A DNA stretch of 64,000 nt from Tubulanus polymorphus (lineage: Eukaryota; Animalia; Nemertea), in NCBI RefSeq assembly GCF_964204645.1, contig NW_027437444.1:53572-117571 (forward strand), read 5' to 3'. A program made the position numbers and the translations under genes. Positions within the stretch are counted from its first letter, which is position 1. Each line of letters starts with the position of its first letter. This document shows, piece by piece, positions 55,301 to 64,000 of the stretch. The notes under the pieces are model-generated. The model had not been told where the DNA came from. It worked only from the letters and a program-made list of their open reading frames with translations, and made no database searches.

Positions 55301-57922
55301 TCACATTTCCCCGTATCGGAAAAATGACAAAGTCGATCCGTAAAAGCATTCAAATCGTCAGGAAAAGCACATTTCGACCCGAAAACATCGTTCTCCGAGA
55401 GAAAAGACGTTTTCTCATCACATTTTCCCCGTAACTGAAAAATGACAAAGTCGATCCGTAAAATAGCTCAACTCGTCAGGAAAAGCACATTTCGACCCGA
55501 AAACGTCGTTCTCCGCGAGAAAAGACGTTTTCTCATCACATTTTCCCCGTATCGGAAAAATGACAAAGTCGATCCGTAAAAGCGTTCAAATCGTCAGGAA
55601 AAGCACATTTCGACCCGAAAACGTCGTTCCCCGCGAGAAAAGACGTTTTCTCATCACATATTACCCCGTAACTGAAAAATGACAAAGTCGATCCGTAAAA
55701 TAGCTCAAATCGTCAGGAAAAGCACATTTCGATCCGAAATCGTCGTTGTCCGCGAGAAAAGACATTTTCTCATCACATTTTCCCCGTATCGGAAAAATGA
55801 CAAAGTCGATCCGTAAAAGAGCTCAAATCGTCAGGAAAAGCACATTTCGACCCGAAAACGTCGTTGTCCGCGAGAAAAGACGTTTTCTCATCACATTTTC
55901 CCCGTATCGGAAAAATGACAAAGTCGATCCGTAAAAGAGCTCAAATCGTCAGGAAAAGCACATTTCGACCCGAAAACGTCGTTCTCCGCGAGAAAAGACG
56001 TTTTCTCATCACATTTTCCCCGTATCGGAAAAATGACAAAGTCGATCCGTAAAAGCGTTCAAATCGTCAGGAAAAGCACATTTCGACCCGAAAACGTCGT
56101 TCTCCGAGAGAAAAGACGTTTTCTCATCACATTTTCCCCGTAACTGAAAAATGACAAAGTCGATCCGTAAAATAGCTCAAATCGTCAGGAAAAGCACATT
56201 TCGATCCGAAATCGTCGTTGTCCGCGAGAAAAGACGTTTTCTCGTAACATTTTCCCCGTATCGGAAAAATGACAAAGTCGATCCGTAAAAGAGCTCAAAT
56301 CGTCAGGAAAAGCACATTTCCACCCGAAAACGTCGTTCTCCGCGAGAAAAGACGTTTCCTCATCACATTTTCCCCCGTATCGGAAAAATGACAAAGTCGA
56401 TCCGTAAAAGAGCTCAAATCGTCAGGAAAAGCACATTTCGACCCGAAAACGTCGTTCTCCGCGAGAAAAGACGTTTCCTCATCACATTTTCCCCATATCG
56501 GAAAAATGACAAAGTCGATCCGTAAAAGAGCTCAAATCGTCAGGAAAAGCACATTTCGACCCGAAAACGTCGTTCTCCGCGAGAAAAGACGTTTTCTCAT
56601 CACATTTCCCCGTATCGGAAAAATGACAAAGTCGATCCGTAAAAGCATTCAAATCGTCAGGAAAAGCACATTTCGACCCGAAAACGTCGTTCTCCGCGAG
56701 AAAAGACGTTTTCTCATCACATTTTCCCCGTATCGGAAAAATGACAAAGTCTATCCGTAGAAGCGTTCAAATCGTCAGGAAAAGCACATTTCGACCCGAA
56801 AACGTCGTTCTCCGCGAGAAAACACGTTTTCTCATCACATTTTCCCCGTATCGGAAAAATGACAAAGTCGATCCGTAAAAGCGTTCAAATCGTCAGGAAA
56901 AGCACATTTCGACCCGAAAACGTCGTTCTCCGAGATAAAAAACGTTTTCTCATCACATTTTCCCCGTAACTGAAAAATGACAAAGTCGATCCGTAAAAGA
57001 GCTCAAATCGTCAGGAAAAGCACATTTCGACCCGAAAACGTCGTTCTCCGCGAGAAAAGACGTTTTCTCATCACATTTTCCCCGTAACTGAAAAATGACA
57101 AAGTCGATCCGTAAAATAGCTCAAATCGTCAGGAAAAGCACATTTCGACCCGAAAACGTCGTTCTCCGCGAGAAAACACGTTTTCTCATCACATTTTCCC
57201 CGTATCGGAAAAATGACAAAGTCGATCCGTAAAAGCGTTCAAATCGTCAGGAAAAGCACATTTCGACCCGAAAACGTCGTTCTCCGCGAGAAAAGACGTT
57301 TTCTCATCACATTTTCCCCGTATCGGAAAAATGACAAAGTCGATCCGTAAAAGCGTTCAAATCGTCAGGAAAAGTACATTTCGACCCGAAAACGTCGTTC
57401 TCCGAGAGAAAAGACGTTTTCTCATCACATTTTCCCCGTAACTGAAAAATGACAGTGTCGATCCGTAAAATAGCTCAAATCGTCAGGAAAAGCACATTTC
57501 GATCCGAAATCGTCGTTGTCCGCGAGAAAAGACGTTTTCTCGTAACATTTTCCCCGTATCGGAAAAATGACAAAGTCTATCCGTAGAAGCGTTCAAATCG
57601 TCAGGAAAAGCACATTTCGACCCGAAAACGTCGTTCTCCGCGAGAAAGACGTTTGCTCATCACATTTCCCCGTATCGGAATACTGACAAAGTCGATCCGT
57701 AAAATCGTTCAAATCGTCAGGGAAAGCACATTTCGACCCGAAAACGTCGTTCTGCGCGAGAAAAGACTTTTTCTCATCACATTTTCCCCATATCGGAAAA
57801 ATGACAAAGTCGATCCGTAAAAGAGCTCAAATCGTCAGGAAAAGCACATTTCGACCCGAAAACGTCGTTCTCCGCGAGAAAAGACGTTTTCTCATCACAT
57901 TTCCCCGTATCGGAAAAATGAC

Positions 57923-57951
57923 AACTTGAACTTGAACTTGAACTTGAACTT
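57923..57951 (-). repeat. LINE 3' microsatellite tail, (CAAGTT)x~4.8, copy 1
   Basis: Plus strand reads AACTTG AACTTG AACTTG AACTTG AACTT; the first AA is shared with the satellite flank. Confidence 0.93.
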
Positions 57952-57953
57952 TA

Positions 57954-58007
57954 ATTTTATTGCTCCATATAATACCAAGTTACATAGGAAATGACAAGCA
58001 ATAAAAT
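57954..58007 (-). other. Predicted 3'-terminal RNA stem-loop of the LINE (also 62316-62370)
   Basis: Perfect 11-bp inverted repeat ATTTTATTGCT (57954-57964) / AGCAATAAAAT (57997-58007), enclosing an inner stem CCUAUGUAA/UUAUAUGG and an 8-nt one-sided bulge. Confidence 0.7.
57956..57961 (-). promoter_or_regulatory. AATAAA polyadenylation-signal-like motif immediately upstream of the LINE tail (also 62318-62323)
   Basis: Plus strand TTTATT lies 4 nt from the tandem tail. Confidence 0.6.
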
Positions 58008-58190
58008 ATTAACATCAAGACACAGGGAAAACAGTACAAGAGTGGACATACATTTAAAATCGCTTTTATAATGGATAACATAGGAATAGAGAATATTTAC
58101 AAATAAAATATGTTAAACGTAAAACAAAATATAATATTACAGCAAGGAAACTAGGTGGCGATACAATCAAGTGAATATAATATAAAAGAA

Positions 58191-58898
58191 TCAAAGTGTT
58201 GAACGGAGGGCAAATAAAGAGTTAACTAGGTTACACATAAGGCTGGCAATTTCATAGTCTCCGTTGTTATAGGACATCAAAAATAGGAATTTATCGAAAA
58301 CACAAAAAGACTCAAACTCTGTGAAACATACAAGTGAGGATAAAATGGAGACTCTGGCAGGATGAAGCGAGGGACACTCGAGTAAAAAGTGGGATTCGTC
58401 CTCAACGACTTTATTTACAGTACAGTAGAGGCAAAATCTCTCATTGGCTGGTAAAAATGGACGACAGTGACGCCCCGTCTCGATTCTAAGCCGATGGGAA
58501 CCGAGACGCAGTTTGGAAAATTCGCGTCTTTTAAGGAAAGAGTTCGAAATAATATATTTTTCTAGTTCAAAGCGTTTTTTAAAAAGTTTATAAGTCCTTA
58601 ATTTGGGGTTGGAATTACTGTCGTTTATTTGAAATAGCCACGAAGAAGAATAAAAGAGATACATTTTAGACTGGAGCAGCTTGATAATTTTATTGGGGTG
58701 GTTGGAGCCATGATTAGACCAAACACCATGAAGGTCAAATGATTTTAGTATTGAAAAAATTCCAGAACACCAATTTGGGAGTGTGTCCATACTTTGCACA
58801 CAGTCCAGATAGGATTTATACACTAATGAGGCGGGATTCAATTTACAAAGACGAAACCAAAATTTAACCATCAGGGGAATAAATGATACAAGCAAGGG
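58191..58898 (-). pseudogene. ORF2 C-terminal fragment (~235 aa) of the LINE with a CX2CX10HX4C zinc-knuckle-like motif (58374-58433)
   Basis: Stop-free frame PLLVSFIPLMVKFWFRL...CLYCTVNKVVEDESHFLLEC...LRSTL*. It lacks its N-terminal domains; the first ~53 aa of the 288-aa track ORF are satellite-derived. Confidence 0.88.
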
Positions 58899-58899
58899 G

Positions 58900-61800
58900 T
58901 CCGTAAAATAGCTCAAATCGTCAGGAAAAGCACATTTCGATCCGAAAACGTCGTTCTCCGAGAGAAAAGACGTTTTCTCATCACATTTTCCCCGTAACTG
59001 AAAATGACAAAGTCGATCCGTAAAATAGCTCAACTCGTCAGGAAAAGCACATTTCAACCCGAAAACGTCGTTCTCCGCGAGAAAAGACGTTTTCTCATCA
59101 CATTTTCCCCGTATCGGAAAAATGACAAAGTCGATCCGTAAAAGCGTTCAAATCGTCAGGAAAAGCACATTTCGACCCGAAAACGTCGTTCCCCGCGAGA
59201 AAAGACGTTTTCTCATCACATATTACCCCGTAACTGAAAAATGACAAAGTCGATCCGTAAAAGCGTTCAAATCGTCAGGAAAAGCACATTTCGACCCGAA
59301 AACGTCGTTCTCATCACATTTTCCCCGTAACTGAAAAATGACAAAGTCGATCCGTAAAAGAGCTCAAATCGTCAGGAAAAGCACATTTCGACCCGAAAAC
59401 GTCGTTCTCCGCGAGAAAAGACGTTTTCTCATCACATTTCCCCGTATCGGAAAAATGACAAAGTCGATCCGTAAAAGCATTCAAATCGTCAGGAAAAGCA
59501 CATTTCGACCCGAAAACGTCGTTCACCGCGAGAAAAGACGTTTTCTCATCACATTTTCCCCGTATCGGAAAAATGACAAAGTCGATCCGTAAAATAGCTC
59601 AACTCGTCAGGAAAAGCACATTTCGACCGAAAACGTCGTTCACCGCGAGAAAAGACGTTTTCTCATCACATTTCCCCGTATCGGAAAAATGACAAAGTCG
59701 ATCCGTAAAAGCATTCAAATCGTCAGGAAAAGCACATTTCGACCCGAAAACGTCGTTCTCCGAGAGAAAAGACGTTTTCTCATCACATTTTCCCCGTAAC
59801 TGAAAAATGACAAAGTCGATCCGTAAAATAGCTCAACTCGTCAGGAAAAGCACATTTCGACCCGAAAACGTCGTTCTCCGCGAGAAAAGACGTTTTCTCA
59901 TCACATTTTCCCCGTATCGGAAAAATGACAAAGTCGATCCGTAAAAGCGTTCAAATCGTCAGGAAAAGCACATTTCGACCCGAAAACGTCGTTCCCCGCG
60001 AGAAAAGACGTTTTCTCATCACATATTACCCCGTAACTGAAAAATGACAAAGTCGATCCGTAAAATAGCTCAAATCGTCAGGAAAAGCACATTTCGATCC
60101 GAAATCGTCGTTGTCCGCGAGAAAAGACGTTTTCTCATCACATTTTCCCCGTATCGGAAAAATGACAAAGTCGATCCGTAAAAGAGCTCAAATCGTCAGG
60201 AAAAGCACATTTCGACCCGAAAACGTCGTTGTCGCGAGAAAAGACGTTTTCTCATCACATTTTCCCCGTATCGGAAAAATGACAAAGTCGATCCGTAAAA
60301 GAGCTCAAATCGTCAGGAAAAGCACATTTCGACCCGAAAACGTCGTTCTCCGCGAGAAAAGACGTTTTCTCATCACATTTTCCCCGTATCGGAAAAATGA
60401 CAAAGTCGATCCGTAAAAGCGTTCAAATCGTCAGGAAAAGCACATTTCGACCCGAAAACGTCGTTCTCCGAGAGAAAAGACGTTTTCTCATCACATTTTC
60501 CCCGTAACTGAAAAATGACAAAGTCGATCCGTAAAATAGCTCAAATCGTCAGGAAAAGCACATTTCGATCCGAAATCGTCGTTGTCCGCGAGAAAAGACG
60601 TTTTCTCGTAACATTTTCCCCGTATCGGAAAAATGACAAAGTCGATCCGTAAAAGAGCTCAAATCGTCAGGAAAAGCACATTTCCACCCGAAAACGTCGT
60701 TCTCCGCGAGAAAAGACGTTTCCTCATCACATTTTCCCCGTATCGGAAAAATGACAAAGTCGATCCGTAAAAGAGCTCAAATCGTCAGGAAAAGCACATT
60801 TCGACCCGAAAACGTCGTTCTCCGCGAGAAAAGACGTTTCCTCATCACATTTTCCCCATATCGGAAAAATGACAAAGTCGATCCGTAAAAGAGCTCAAAT
60901 CGTCAGGAAAAGCACATTTCGACCCGAAAACGTCGTTCTCCGCGAGAAAAGACGTTTTCTCATCACATTTCCCCGTATCGGAAAAATGACAAAGTCGATC
61001 CGTAAAAGCATTCAAATCGTCAGGAAAAGCACATTTCGACCCGAAAACGTCGTTCTCCGCGAGAAAAGACGTTTTCTCATCACATTTTCCCCGTATCGGA
61101 AAAATGACAAAGTCTATCCGTAGAAGCGTTCAAATCGTCAGGAAAAGCACATTTCGACCCGAAAACGTCGTTCTCCGCGAGAAAACACGTTTTCTCATCA
61201 CATTTTCCCCGTATCGGAAAAATGACAAAGTCGATCCGTAAAAGCGTTCAAATCGTCAGGAAAAGCACATTTCGACCCGAAAACGTCGTTCTCCGAGATA
61301 AAAAACGTTTTCTCATCACATTTTCCCCGTAACTGAAAAATGACAAAGTCGATCCGTAAAAGAGCTCAAATCGTCAGGAAAAGCACATTTCGACCCGAAA
61401 ACGTCGTTCTCCGCGAGAAAAGACGTTTTCTCATCACATTTTCCCCGTAACTGAAAAATGACAAAGTCGATCCGTAAAATAGCTCAAATCGTCAGGAAAA
61501 GCACATTTCGACCCGAAAACGTCGTTCTCCGCGAGAAAACACGTTTTCTCATCACATTTTCCCCGTATCGGAAAAATGACAAAGTCGATCCGTAAAAGCG
61601 TTCAAATCGTCAGGAAAAGCACATTTCGACCCGAAAACGTCGTTCTCCGCGAGAAAAGACGTTTTCTCATCACATTTTCCCCGTATCGGAAAAATGACAA
61701 AGTCGATCCGTAAAAGCGTTCAAATCGTCAGGAAAAGTACATTTCGACCCGAAAACGTCGTTCTCCGAGAGAAAAGACGTTTTCTCATCACATTTTCCCC

Positions 61801-62286
61801 GTAACTGAAAAATGACAGTGTCGATCCGTAAAATAGCTCAAATCGTCAGGAAAAGCACATTTCGATCCGAAATCGTCGTTGTCCGCGAGAAAAGACGTTT
61901 TCTCGTAACATTTTCCCCGTATCGGAAAAATGACAAAGTCTATCCGTAGAAGCGTTCAAATCGTCAGGAAAAGCACATTTCGACCGAAAACGTCGTTCTC
62001 CGCGAGAAAGACGTTTGCTCATCACATTTCCCCGTATCGGAATACTGACAAAGTCGATCCGTAAAATCGTTCAAATCGTCAGGGAAAGCACATTTCGACC
62101 CGAAAACGTCGTTCTGCGCGAGAAAAGACTTTTTCTCATCACATTTTCCCCATATCGGAAAAATGACAAAGTCGATCCGTAAAAGAGCTCAAATCGTCAG
62201 GAAAAGCACATTTCGACCCGAAAACGTCGTTCTCCGCGAGAAAAGACGTTTTCTCATCACATTTCCCCGTATCGGAAAAATGACAA
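58900..62286 (+). repeat. 118-bp satellite, ~29 monomers between the two retrotransposon copies
   Basis: Same monomer resumes at TCCGTAAAATAGCTC (58900) and ends at ...AAAAATGACAA (62286). Confidence 0.99.
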
Positions 62287-62313
62287 CTTGAACTTGAACT
62301 TGAACTTGAACTT
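62285..62313 (-). repeat. LINE 3' microsatellite tail, (CAAGTT)x~4.8, copy 2
   Basis: Identical to the copy 1 tail. Confidence 0.93.
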
Positions 62314-63260
62314 TAATTTTATTGCTCCATATAATACACAAGTTACATAGGAAATGACAAGCAATAAAATATTAACATCAAGACACAGGGAAAACAGTAC
62401 AAGAGTGGACATACATTTAAAATCGCTTTTATAATGGATAACATAGGAATAGAGAATATTTACAAATAAAATATGTTAAACGTAAAACAAAATATAATAT
62501 TACAGCAAGGAAACTAGGTGGCGATACAATCAAGTGAATATAATATAAAAGAATCAAAGTGTTGAACGGAGGGCAAATAAAGAGTTAACTAGGTTACACA
62601 TAAGGCTGGCAATTTCATAGTCTCCGTTGTTATAGGACATCAAAAATAGGAATTTATCGAAAACACAAAAAGACTCAAACTCTGTGAAACATACAAGTGA
62701 GGATAAAATGGAGACTCTGGCAGGATGAAGCGAGGGACACTCGAGTAAAAAGTGGGATTCGTCCTCAACGACTTTATTTACAGTACAGTAGAGGCAAAAT
62801 CTCTCATTGGCTGGTAAAAATGGACGACAGTGACGCCCCGTCTCGATTCTAAGCCGATGGGAACCGAGACGCAGTTTGGAAAATTCGCGTCTTTTAAGGA
62901 AAGAGTTCGAAATAATATATTTTTCTAGTTCAAAGCGTTTTTTAAAAAGTTTATAAGTCCTTAATTTGGGGTTGGAATTACTGTCGTTTATTTGAAATAG
63001 CCACGAAGAAGAATAAAAGAGATACATTTTAGACTGGAGCAGCTTGATAATTTTATTGGGGTGGTTGGAGCCATGATTAGACCAAACACCATGAAGGTCA
63101 AATGATTTTAGTATTGAAAAAATTCCAGAACACCAATTTGGGAGTGTGTCCATACTTTGCACACAGTCCAGATAGGATTTATACACTAATGAGGCGGGAT
63201 TCAATTTACAAAGACGAAACCAAAATTTAACCATCAGGGGAATAAATGATACAAGCAAGG
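62287..63260 (-). mobile_element. 5'-truncated non-LTR retrotransposon (LINE), probably RTE-X-like; copy 2
   Basis: Same sequence, tail length, truncation point and satellite register as copy 1. Visible differences are a 1-bp indel near 62337 (TACACAAG vs TACCAAG) and the 5' junction (AAGGTCCCG vs AAGGGGTCCG). Confidence 0.92.
62554..63258 (-). pseudogene. ORF2 C-terminal fragment (234 aa) of LINE copy 2
   Basis: Translation matches copy 1 from LVSFIPL to the stop. Confidence 0.88.
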
Positions 63261-64000
63261 TCCCGTAAAATAGCTCAAATCGTCAGGAAAAGCACATTTC
63301 GATCCGAAAACGTCGTTCTCCGAGAGAAAAGACGTTTTCTCATCACATTTTCCCCGTAACTGAAAATGACAAAGTCGATCCGTAAAATAGCTCAACTCGT
63401 CAGGAAAAGCACATTTCGACCCGAAAACGTCGTTCTCCGCGAGAAAAGACGTTTTCTCATCACATTTTCCCCGTATCGGAAAAATGACAAAGTCGATCCG
63501 TAAAAGCGTTCAAATCGTCAGGAAAAGCACATTTCGACCCGAAAACGTCGTTCCCCGCGAGAAAAGACGTTTTCTCATCACATATTACCCCGTAACTGAA
63601 AAATGACAAAGTCGATCCGTAAAATAGCTCAAATCGTCAGGAAAAGCACATTTCGATCCGAAATCGTCGTTGTCCGCGAGAAAAGACGTTTTCTCATCAC
63701 ATTTTCCCCGTATCGGAAAAATGACAAAGTCGATCCGGAAAAGAGCTCAAATCGTCAGGAAAAGCACATTTCGACCCGAAAACGTCGTTCTCCGCGAGAA
63801 AAGACGTTTTCTCATCACATTTTCCCCGTATCGGAAAAATGACAAAGTCGATCCGTAAAAGCGTTCAAATCGTCAGGAAAAGCACATTTCGACCCGAAAA
63901 CGTCGTTCTCCGAGAGAAAAGACGTTTTCTCATCACATTTTCCCGGTAACTGAAAAATGACAAAGTCGATCCGTAAAATAGCTCAAATCGTCAGGAAAAG
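63261..64000 (+). repeat. 118-bp satellite, continues off the right edge
   Basis: Monomer resumes after the second insert. Confidence 0.99.

Larger units (their letters stand above)
1..57924 (+). repeat. 118-bp satellite DNA tandem array (main block, ~490 monomers, runs off the left edge); centromeric/pericentromeric-type
   Basis: ATGACAAAGTCGATCCGTA...GGAAAAGCACATTTCGACCCGAAAACGTCG...CATTTTCCCCGTA recurs every 117-119 bp in one orientation with only a few substitutions per monomer. A centromeric role is inference from architecture only. Confidence 0.99.
57925..58899 (-). mobile_element. 5'-truncated non-LTR retrotransposon (LINE), probably RTE-X-like; copy 1
   Basis: Non-satellite 975-bp insert. 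On the minus strand: open ORF2 C-terminus (KLRTYKLFK..FELEKYI; KLRLGSHRLRIETGRH; ERFCLYC..EDESHFLLECP), TGA at 58191, ~240-bp AT-rich 3' UTR, AATAAA, then a (CAAGTT)n tail. No RT or endonuclease domain is present. Clade assignment is from recalled motif similarity, not a search. Confidence 0.92.
55290..63620 (+). repeat. ~4.36-kb composite duplication (satellite monomers plus LINE fragment): ~55290-59260 and ~59655-63620
   Basis: Flanking rare variants AAAGTACATT, GACAGTGTCG, GTTTGCTC/GGAATACTGAC, TTTCCACCCG and the downstream 4-A AACTGAAAATGAC are shared at +4362 to +4365. Confidence 0.92.

Noticed and set aside
470-56760. Over 100 short ORFs (MTKSIRK..., MSFFRYGEN...) on both strands
   Set aside because: They are translations of the 118-bp monomer. 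Because 118 is not a multiple of 3, frames rotate and stop every 2-3 monomers. There is no domain content or coding signature.
57923-57951. Telomeric repeat, or tail-based targeting through the satellite's GTTCAA word
   Set aside because: The hexamer run is short and directly follows the 3' UTR and AATAAA, as expected for a LINE tail. The satellite GTTCAA is in the opposite orientation and not at the insertion site.
58191-59057. Intact 288-aa protein-coding gene
   Set aside because: The N-terminus is satellite sequence with a TTG start, and the rest is a truncated retrotransposon ORF lacking RT and endonuclease.
57925-63260. Two LTRs or a composite transposon flanking a 3.4-kb interior, or two independent site-specific insertions
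   Set aside because: The direct repeats encode a LINE ORF2 end with a tail, the interior is pure satellite, and identical truncation points and flanks indicate segmental duplication of one insertion.
1-64000. CRISPR array or other prokaryotic repeat system
   Set aside because: There are no unique spacers (the entire unit repeats) and no cas genes. The LINE fragment indicates a eukaryotic genome.

Overview
Eukaryotic satellite DNA, not a gene-bearing region. About 97% of the window is one head-to-tail, single-orientation array of a 118-bp monomer (~525 copies). Consensus: AAAAATGACAAAGTCGATCCGTAAAAGAGCTCAAATCGTCAGGAAAAGCACATTTCGACCCGAAAACGTCGTTCTCCGCGAGAAAAGACGTTTTCTCATCACATTTTCCCCGTATCGG (44% GC, 12 CpG). 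Diagnostic variants show many local, nested higher-order repeats (HORs; 5- to 31-mers), long-range block copies, and a variant-domain switch near 30.4 kb. The only non-satellite DNA is two near-identical copies (57925-58899 and 62287-63260, minus strand) of a ~975-bp 5'-truncated non-LTR retrotransposon, probably RTE-X-like. Each has an uninterrupted ORF2 C-terminus with a CX2CX10HX4C motif, an AT-rich 3' UTR, AATAAA and a (CAAGTT)n tail. The two copies derive from one insertion later duplicated within a ~4.36-kb satellite block, and an empty paralogous site survives at ~55331. The most intriguing signal is the element's predicted 3'-terminal hairpin. It displays an 8-nt bulge complementary to the satellite strand ending at the insertion point, which hints at RNA-assisted target selection (one event only, speculative). 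All short ORFs in the track are satellite translation artefacts. The organism cannot be determined, and HOR coordinates were read by eye and are approximate.
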